Positions 25,981-32,000 of a stretch of DNA of 32,000 bases are shown here, one piece after another. A program made the position numbers and the translations under genes. The stretch is from Propionibacterium ruminifibrarum (GTDB lineage Bacteria > Actinomycetota > Actinomycetes > Propionibacteriales > Propionibacteriaceae), in contig NZ_OMOH01000001.1 of assembly GCF_900289195.1 (NCBI RefSeq), forward strand, positions 388,706 through 420,705, written 5' to 3'. Position 1 is the stretch's first letter; every line of letters begins with the position of its first letter. The notes beneath the pieces were generated by a model. The model ran no database searches. It was not told the origin of the DNA and saw only the letters and a program-made list of their open reading frames with translations.

Positions 25981-26370
25981 CTACTGCTCCATGAGACCGG
26001 CATACCCGGCTGTGTCGAGCAGGTCATCGATGCCGGACTGCTCGGCACGTTCCACCTCGAACAGCCAGCCCTCACCGTACGGCGAAGAGTTGATGGTCTC
26101 GGGCGAGGTGATGACCGTCTCGTTGACCGCGCTGACCACGCCCGTGACAGGCGAGTGGACATCGCGGGCCGACGTGGTCGACTCCAGTCCACCGCAGGCA
26201 TCCCCTGCGACGACCTCGTTGCCGACAGTGGGCAGATCAACGTGCACGACATCGCCGAGGGCATCGGCCGCTCGCTCGGTGACGCCGACCCGGACGATCT
26301 CGCTGCCCTCCTCGGAACGGACCCATTCGTGCGCGCGGCTGTAACGGAGTCCGGCCGGGAACTGCGCCAT
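25981..26370 (-). CDS. gcvH: Glycine cleavage system H protein homolog (lipoyl-lysine position is Thr)
   Basis: 129 aa that aligns without gaps to GcvH (HEWVR, VRVGVT, ALGDVVHVDLP, SPYGEGWLFEV). AAGGTGAGGA lies upstream of ATG 26370. The motif reads LESTTSARDVHSPVTG where GcvH normally has ES(V/T)K. Confidence 0.85.
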   Translation of the reverse strand: MAQFPAGLRYSRAHEWVRSEEGSEIVRVGVTERAADALGDVVHVDLPTVGNEVVAGDACGGLESTTSARDVHSPVTGVVSAVNETVITSPETINSSPYGEGWLFEVERAEQSGIDDLLDTAGYAGLMEQ

Positions 26371-26439
26371 GTCCTCACCTTTCGGGCAGAGCCTGAAGCC
26401 TCTGGCACCCCGGTCACGGAAGCCCGGGGAGCGCGCGAA

Positions 26440-26463
26440 GCAGGTGGGGCTGCGCCCACCTGC
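26440..26463 (-). terminator. Stem-loop downstream of pimA (possible operon terminator)
   Basis: GCAGGTGGG (26440-26448) and CCCACCTGC (26455-26463) form a perfect 9-bp stem with a 6-nt loop. It lies between the pimA stop (26552) and the gcvH start (26370). Only a short UUCG follows on the minus-strand RNA. Confidence 0.4.
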
Positions 26464-26551
26464 CGCACAGTCAACCACCGCCGCGAAGCGTCGGTCCACC
26501 CGGGCACGCACCATCGGACATGGTCCACAAGAAGTACACAGGAATCTGGGG

Positions 26552-27736
26552 TCAGGGCCGCGAGAGGCTGAGCGTCCCGGCGGCACGCCCGCGGAAGCGG
26601 GGAATCCGCCAGCGGCTGCTCAGACGCATCCTGGCGGAGTTGAGCCGGGCGGTGCGGTACATCTGCACGATCTGCGGGCCGATCTGGGACCAGTCGAAAC
26701 GGGCGGCCTGGGCCCTGCCCCGTTCCAGACGCAGGTCGCGGGGCTCGGACAGGCTGCGCACGATCGCCCGGGAGGCGCTCGCCGAGTTGCCGTTGCGGAA
26801 GACGTGACCGATGATGCCCTCGTCGTCGGAGAGGACGTCGACGAAGGCCGGCAGGTCGGACGCGACAACGGGCGCCCCGCAGGCCATCGCCTCGAGCAGC
26901 ACGATGCCGAAGCTCTCCCGGCCGGTCTGCGGGGCGATGTAGACGTCGGTGTGGCTCAGCCAGTAGTTGCGGGCCTCGTCGTCCAGCCCGCCGAGGAAGC
27001 GCACGCCCTGCTCGGAGCGCGCCGACCCGGACCCGATGACGACGACGTCCAGGTCGGGGAACTGGGCGCGCACCAGCGGGAGCGCCGGGGTGAGCACCTC
27101 GAAGCCCTTGCGGGGTTCGTCGTAGCGCCCCAGGAAGGTCAGGCGCGGTGCGTCCCCTCCCCGCCAGCGCCCCTGGACGGGCTCCAGCGGGTAGTCGTCG
27201 ACATGGATGCCGTTGCCGATGATCACCGGGTTGACACCGGAGTGCTCGTGGGCGACCTTTGCCGCGGCCTCCGAGACGGCGATCGAGGCGTCGATGCGGC
27301 TCACCACGCTCGGCAGGATCGAGTTGACCATCTTGATGGCCCGCAGCGTCGGCATCGCGGTGTGGAAGGTGGTGATGACGGGGCGGTCGGTCAGGTACAG
27401 CGCCATCAGTCCGATGTTGGGGCCGATGGGCTCGTGCAGGTGCACGACGTCGAAGCGCCCGGAGTCGAGCCAGCGCTTGACCTTGGCGGCGGGCCCGGGA
27501 CCGAAGTTGATCCGCGCCACCGAGCCGTTGAAGTTGATGGGCACGGCGTGACCGGCACTGGTGAACTCCTCGGGCCGCAGACCGGTCTCGGCGAGCAGGG
27601 CCGGGCTGGCCTGGCCGGGGGCCAGGATCGAGACCTCGTGGCCGTCCTTCTTGAGCCAGCCGGCCAGCCCCAGGACGTGGTTCTGCACGCCACCGGGGTA
27701 CGTGAAGGAATAGGGGCAGACGATACCCACCCTCAT
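26552..27736 (-). CDS. pimA: GDP-mannose-dependent phosphatidylinositol alpha-mannosyltransferase (GT4), PimA-like
   Basis: MRVGIVCPYSFTYPGGVQNHV N-terminus and the GT4 signature GRESFGIVLLEAMACGAPVVASD. It holds the conserved position after the acyltransferase gene, with an ATGA overlap (27733-27736). Confidence 0.85.
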   Translation of the reverse strand: MRVGIVCPYSFTYPGGVQNHVLGLAGWLKKDGHEVSILAPGQASPALLAETGLRPEEFTSAGHAVPINFNGSVARINFGPGPAAKVKRWLDSGRFDVVHLHEPIGPNIGLMALYLTDRPVITTFHTAMPTLRAIKMVNSILPSVVSRIDASIAVSEAAAKVAHEHSGVNPVIIGNGIHVDDYPLEPVQGRWRGGDAPRLTFLGRYDEPRKGFEVLTPALPLVRAQFPDLDVVVIGSGSARSEQGVRFLGGLDDEARNYWLSHTDVYIAPQTGRESFGIVLLEAMACGAPVVASDLPAFVDVLSDDEGIIGHVFRNGNSASASRAIVRSLSEPRDLRLERGRAQAARFDWSQIGPQIVQMYRTARLNSARMRLSSRWRIPRFRGRAAGTLSLSRP

Positions 27737-28614
27737 GCGGCAACCCCCCTGAAGAACTTCTGCATCATGTGCCAGCTCACGGTGTGCCGGCTGACCTGTT
27801 CGCTGAAGAAATCGGCCAATTCCTGCATGGTGCGCACGAGTCCATCGGCCCCGTGCGTGACATCCAGCTGCTCGGTGACGAGCACGTGGAGTCGGCCGAC
27901 CCGGTCGAACCAGGTCACCACGCCGAACAAGGGGCGGTCGCTCTGCTGGGCCAGCAGACCGGGGCCCGCGGGCATCGTGATCTCGGCGTCACCGCCGGGC
28001 AGGTGCCAGGTGACCGGCACGCCCTTGCGGCTGAAGTCACGGTCCGCCACGAGGCAGACGACGCGGCCCTCGTCCAGGTCGGCGCGCAGACGCGAGAAGA
28101 CGGCCCGGTCCTTGACGTTGTAGATCCGGAACCCGAGTCTGGCCCGCAACTGCTGGAAGTACTCGAACTGGCCGTCGGGCAGGCCCTCCGCCACGGAGCT
28201 GACCGGCAGCCCCTCGAGGCAGGCGAAGGCTCCCACCAGGTCCCAGCTGCCCATGTGAGGAAGGGCCGCGACGATACCGCCCTGCTCGTGGGCGACCTTG
28301 AGCCGATCCCAGGCCTCGGGGTTCTCCAGGATGATGCGCCGCCGGATGCGCCGCTCGCTCCACCCGGCGAGCTGGAGCGAGGTCATCGTGTTCTCCATCC
28401 AGTCGGTCATCGCCCGGTAGGTGGCCCGCCAGCCCGGTGCATGCCCCTGAACGCGCTCGAAGTTGAGCTGCCACTGGCGCACGGTCCTGTTGCGCCCCCT
28501 GGCAAGGACGACGGTGGTGAGGGCGCTGACGGGGCGCCAGAACCACCAGGGCAGGTGGGCCCCTGCCCTGAGGACCATGAGCATGCCCGGCTGGCGGGAC
28601 CGGCGGGGGCTCAC
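27733..28614 (-). CDS. patA: Phosphatidylinositol-mannoside acyltransferase (LpxL/HtrB-type lysophospholipid acyltransferase), PatA-like
   Basis: HX4D motif (PHMGSWD) and the conserved position between pgsA1 and pimA. Start is GTG 28614 (GTGA overlap with the pgsA1 stop) or ATG 28584/28578. Confidence 0.75.
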   Translation of the reverse strand: MSPRRSRQPGMLMVLRAGAHLPWWFWRPVSALTTVVLARGRNRTVRQWQLNFERVQGHAPGWRATYRAMTDWMENTMTSLQLAGWSERRIRRRIILENPEAWDRLKVAHEQGGIVAALPHMGSWDLVGAFACLEGLPVSSVAEGLPDGQFEYFQQLRARLGFRIYNVKDRAVFSRLRADLDEGRVVCLVADRDFSRKGVPVTWHLPGGDAEITMPAGPGLLAQQSDRPLFGVVTWFDRVGRLHVLVTEQLDVTHGADGLVRTMQELADFFSEQVSRHTVSWHMMQKFFRGVAA

Positions 28615-29234
28615 TCCCTGAACTCCTCGGCCTGTGCCTGTGCGGTGGCCCGGCGCACGAGCATCATGCGCTGGGCGACGGTGACGATCCCGGCGATGGC
28701 CAGGATGACCAGGCAGGCGGGCAGGCCCCAGTCGATGCCGACGCCGGTGAGCATGGCCCCGAGCAGGCTGAGGAGCAGACGGTCCGCACGACCGGCCAGG
28801 CCGCCGTTGACCTCGTAGCCGAGGGATTCCCCGCGGGCCTTGGTGTAACTCGTCACCTGGCCGAGCACGAGGGTGACGAGGGCCAGACCCGCCCACCAGA
28901 CGTTGTTGCCGGCGCCGACGAAGTAGAGCGCCAGGCCCCCCATGACCGCGCCGTCGGCGATCCGGTCGAGCGTGCTGTCGAGGAAGGCGCCCCAGTCGGA
29001 GCTGCGGCCGCTGGTGCGGGCCATGATGCCGTCCAGCGAGTCCGAGAAGATGAACACGAGCAGCAGCAGGACGCCCTGCCACAGCCAACCGTTCGGGAAG
29101 CAGATCAGCGAGATCGCGACGACCCCGATGGTGCCGGCCCAGGTGACCATGTCGGGCGTGACGTGGGCCTTGAGCAGGGCGTGCGCGATGGGCGACATGA
29201 CCTTCGTCCAGCGGGAGCGAAGATGCTCAAGCAT
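28611..29234 (-). CDS. pgsA1: CDP-alcohol phosphatidyltransferase, phosphatidylinositol(-phosphate) synthase type
   Basis: DSLDGIMARTSGRSSDWGAFLDSTLDRIAD matches DGx2ARx8Gx3Dx3D. AGGAGG lies 6 nt upstream of ATG 29234. The ORF-track start at 29417 was rejected. Confidence 0.85.
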   Translation of the reverse strand: MLEHLRSRWTKVMSPIAHALLKAHVTPDMVTWAGTIGVVAISLICFPNGWLWQGVLLLLVFIFSDSLDGIMARTSGRSSDWGAFLDSTLDRIADGAVMGGLALYFVGAGNNVWWAGLALVTLVLGQVTSYTKARGESLGYEVNGGLAGRADRLLLSLLGAMLTGVGIDWGLPACLVILAIAGIVTVAQRMMLVRRATAQAQAEEFRE

Positions 29235-29838
29235 TCGGAACCTCCTGGTATGGGCCGAACAGCTCAACCCACGCGTCGGCGAAGAGACTGCGCGTGTCGG
29301 ACAGCAGCTGGGGAACGGCCTTGGTCCGTCCGATGATCGGCAGGAAATTGGTGTCGCCGAGCCAACGGGGCACGACATGCTGGTGAAGGTGGGCGGCGAT
29401 GCCCGCACCCGCCGCATCGCCCTGGTTCATGCCGATGTTGAACCCGGCCGGCGCGGAGACATGACGCACCACGTGGATGGCCTGCTTGGTGAGCCGGGCG
29501 ACCTCCTCGGCCTCGTCCTCGGTGGTGTCCGCGTATTCGGCCACATGGCGGTAGGGGCAGACGAGCAGGTGGCCGGGGTTGTACGGGTACAGGTTGAGCA
29601 CGACGTACGCGGCCCGTCCGCGCCGGACGATGAGCGAGGCCTCGTCGTCCCCGGCCTCTGGCGCCCGGCAGAAGGGGCACTGGGGTCCGGCATCGGAATC
29701 CGCCGGCTTGCCCTCGCCACCGACGTAGCTGGCCCTGTGCGGGGTCCACAGCCGCTGGAGGGCATCGGGCACGCCGGGCAGGTTCTCGACCCATTCGACG
29801 CCTCCGGCCGCGGCGTTCAGGGATTCGGAGTCACTCAC
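29227..29838 (-). CDS. HIT-family protein (Ap4A phosphorylase / Rv2613c-like)
   Basis: Histidine triad [12 protein letters not shown] and a CPFC zinc motif. GTG 29838 overlaps the thrS 3' end by 8 nt, and its own stop overlaps the pgsA1 start by 8 nt. Confidence 0.8.
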   Translation of the reverse strand: MSDSESLNAAAGGVEWVENLPGVPDALQRLWTPHRASYVGGEGKPADSDAGPQCPFCRAPEAGDDEASLIVRRGRAAYVVLNLYPYNPGHLLVCPYRHVAEYADTTEDEAEEVARLTKQAIHVVRHVSAPAGFNIGMNQGDAAGAGIAAHLHQHVVPRWLGDTNFLPIIGRTKAVPQLLSDTRSLFADAWVELFGPYQEVPNA

Positions 29839-31882
29839 CCGCGCTCGCCTGCCTCGGTGCCGTCGGGTCCTCGTTGGCCCGTGAGACGATGTGCCCGACG
29901 ATCCGGTCAATGGCTTCGTCCACGGCGACGCCATTGAGCTGACTGCCGTCCCGGAAGCGGAAGCTGACTGCGCCCGCGGCGCGGTCCGTCTCACCAGCGA
30001 TGAGCATGAACGGCACCTTCTGCCGGGTGGCGTTCCGGATCTTCTTCTGCATCCGGTCATCGGAGTCGTCGACCTCGACCCGCACTCCCCTGGCCTTGAG
30101 CCGGGCGGCCACATCGGTCAGGTAGTCGGTGAACTCACCGGCGACGGGGATGGCGACGACCTGCACCGGGCTCAGCCAGGCCGGGAAGGAGCCCGCGTAG
30201 TGCTCGGTGAGCACGCCGATGAAGCGCTCGACGGAGCCGAGCTTGGCCGAATGGATCATCACGGGCCGCCGACGCGAGCCGTCGGGGGCGGTGTACTCCA
30301 GGTCGAAGCGCTCGGGCTGGTTGAAGTCGTACTGGATGGTCGACATCTGCCAGGTACGACCGATGGCGTCCTTGACCTGGACGGAGACCTTCGGCCCGTA
30401 GAAGGCCGCTCCCCCCGGGTCCGGCACGAGCTGCAGTCCGGTGGCGCGGCAGGCCCGTTCGAGGACGCGGGTGGCCTCCTGCCAGTCCTCGTCCGAACCG
30501 ATGAACTTGTCCTTGTGGGAACCGTCATCGTCCCGCGTGGACAGCTCGAGGTAGAAGTCGTCGAGACCGAACGCCTCAAGGATGGACAGGAAGAAGGCGA
30601 TCTGGTTGGTGATCTCCTCCTCCGCCTGCTCGGGCGTGCAGTAGGTGTGGGAGTCGTCCTGGGTGAAGCCGCGCATGCGGGTCAGCCCGTGGACGACGCC
30701 CGACTTCTCGTACCGGTAGTCCCGGCCCATCTCGAAGAAGCGCAGCGGGAGCTCCCGGTAGGAGCGTCCACGCGAGCGGTAGATGAGGTTGTGCATCGGG
30801 CAGTTCATGGCCTTGAGGTAGTAGTCCTGGCCGGCCCTGGTGACGTTGCCGTCCGCATCGCGTTCCTCGTCCACGGCCATGGGCGGGAACATCGTGTCGG
30901 CGTAGTACGGCAGGTGACCCGAGGTGTGGAACAGACCTCCCTTGCTGATCTCGGGAGTGTGCACGACGTCGAACCCGGCCTCGAGGTGACGGCCGATCAC
31001 GTAGGACTCGATCTCGTGACGCAGGATGCCCCCCTTGGGGTGGAAGACCACCAGGCCGGGACCGATCTCCTCGGGGAAGCTGAACAGGTCGAGTTCGGCA
31101 CCGAGCCTGCGGTGGTCACGCCTGGCGGCCTCGGCCATTCGCTCCTGGTAGGCCTTGAGGTCCTCGCGGCTGGCCCAGGCGGTGCCGTAGACGCGCTGAA
31201 GCGTGTCCCTGGCCTGGTCTCCGCGCCAGTATGCGGCGCTGGTGCGGGTCAGTGCAACGGCCCGGATGTAGCCGGTGTGCGGCACGTGCGGGCCGCGACA
31301 CAGATCTTTCCAGGCCACGGTGCCGTCGCGGCGGATGTTGTCGTACATGGTCAGTTCGGCGCCGCCCACCTCGACCTGCGAGCCGTCCTGCGCGCCGGGG
31401 CGGTCCTTGTCGGTGATCAACTCGACCTTGAAGGGCTCATCGGCCTCCTCCGCGAGGGCCTGCTCCGTGGTGACGACACGGCGGACGAAACGCTGGCGCT
31501 GCTTGATGATGGCCTGCATCTTCTTCTCGATGGCCTTGAGGTCCTCGGGAGTGAGCGGGTCGGTCTTGAAGTCGTAGTAGAAGCCGTCGGCGATGGGCGG
31601 GCCGATACCGAGGCGGGCCTGCGGGAAGATCTCCTGCAACGCCTGGGCGGTCACGTGCGCAGCCGAGTGGCGGATGATGGCCAGTCCCTCATCACTGGTG
31701 TCCAGAACGGGTTCGAGACGGTCGCCGTCGGACAGCTCGGCGGCCAGGTCGCAGGTGGCACCGTTGACCCGCATGGCGACGACCGACTTGTCGCCACCGA
31801 AGACGTCCAGACCCGTGGTACCCGCCTCGACCATCTTCGACTCGTCTCGATGATCGCTGGCGATGACGACTGATATCGACAC
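29831..31882 (-). CDS. thrS: Threonine--tRNA ligase
   Basis: TGS-like N-terminus, editing-domain motif IRHSAAHV, and class II core ([29 protein letters not shown]). Start set at GTG 31882 with AAAGGA about 7 nt upstream. The ORF-track ATG 31981 adds 33 implausible residues. Confidence 0.9.
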   Translation of the reverse strand: MSISVVIASDHRDESKMVEAGTTGLDVFGGDKSVVAMRVNGATCDLAAELSDGDRLEPVLDTSDEGLAIIRHSAAHVTAQALQEIFPQARLGIGPPIADGFYYDFKTDPLTPEDLKAIEKKMQAIIKQRQRFVRRVVTTEQALAEEADEPFKVELITDKDRPGAQDGSQVEVGGAELTMYDNIRRDGTVAWKDLCRGPHVPHTGYIRAVALTRTSAAYWRGDQARDTLQRVYGTAWASREDLKAYQERMAEAARRDHRRLGAELDLFSFPEEIGPGLVVFHPKGGILRHEIESYVIGRHLEAGFDVVHTPEISKGGLFHTSGHLPYYADTMFPPMAVDEERDADGNVTRAGQDYYLKAMNCPMHNLIYRSRGRSYRELPLRFFEMGRDYRYEKSGVVHGLTRMRGFTQDDSHTYCTPEQAEEEITNQIAFFLSILEAFGLDDFYLELSTRDDDGSHKDKFIGSDEDWQEATRVLERACRATGLQLVPDPGGAAFYGPKVSVQVKDAIGRTWQMSTIQYDFNQPERFDLEYTAPDGSRRRPVMIHSAKLGSVERFIGVLTEHYAGSFPAWLSPVQVVAIPVAGEFTDYLTDVAARLKARGVRVEVDDSDDRMQKKIRNATRQKVPFMLIAGETDRAAGAVSFRFRDGSQLNGVAVDEAIDRIVGHIVSRANEDPTAPRQASAGE

Positions 31883-32000
31883 TTCTTTTCCTTTCGGCGG
31901 CGAACCGGGCCGCGCGTGGTCGATCACCCGCCTGTGGCGGGAAGCAACCCCCATACGGGGACCCCGTACATTCTGCCCCATCAGAACCGGTCGGCGACGT

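Noticed and set aside
26371-26551. Looked for a glycine riboswitch in the 181-nt region upstream of gcvH
   Set aside because: The minus-strand sequence lacks the tandem GGAGAG...CACCGAAGGGGCAA...CTCAGGC-type aptamer signatures. The dominant structure is a single 9-bp hairpin, better explained as the terminator of the upstream pimA operon.
25914-27743. Upstream part of the 774-aa minus-strand ORF 25419..27743
   Set aside because: Only the last 164 codons (the FHA protein) look real. The remainder runs through gcvH and pimA in a different frame and is Arg/Pro/Gly-rich. A strong Shine-Dalgarno precedes ATG 25913.
31883-32000. Two hairpins upstream of thrS (CCCGCC-tgt-GGCGGG at 31927-31941; TACGGGG-a-CCCCGTA at 31954-31968) as a possible T-box or other leader
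   Set aside because: Only about 118 nt of upstream sequence lie in the window, too little for a T-box. No specifier or T-box consensus is visible. They may equally be the terminator of an upstream gene.

Overview
High-GC actinobacterial chromosomal segment, mostly conserved core genes. All calls rest on reading the ORF translations and the DNA by eye; no searches were run.

Gene content, left to right:
- A 5'-truncated ABC substrate-binding protein (+).
- A membrane esterase translationally coupled to the MprF-LysRS fusion LysX (-).
- A ribulokinase plus GpsA-family dehydrogenase pair (-).
- A ~1.1 kb low-GC islet with a single GAD-like/DUF1851 (Tdi1-type immunity) gene, abutting the 3' end of a tRNA-Met(CAU).
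- Divergent otsB/otsA.
- A cobalamin riboswitch (+), then an opposite-strand histidine phosphatase.
- A seven-gene late cobalamin operon (cbiB-cobQ-cobO-cobB::decarboxylase fusion-cobT-cobU-cobS) chained by 1-4 nt start/stop overlaps.
- A YihY-family membrane protein.
- The conserved minus-strand actinobacterial block gcvH-garA/odhI-ftsR-DUF151-merR.
- The thrS-HIT-pgsA1-patA-pimA phosphatidylinositol-mannoside operon (-).

I saw no CRISPR array, transposase, integrase or rRNA.

Observations most worth follow-up:
1. The B12 riboswitch fires into the antisense of the phosphatase gene and sits ~770 nt from cbiB.
2. A perfect 10-bp inverted repeat embeds both divergent start codons at that junction.
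3. The GcvH homolog has Thr in place of the lipoyl-lysine.
4. An orphan immunity-family gene sits in the tRNA-linked islet.
5. The esterase-LysX gene pair is translationally coupled.

Many long ORFs in the track are antisense or shadow frames typical of high-GC DNA and were rejected.
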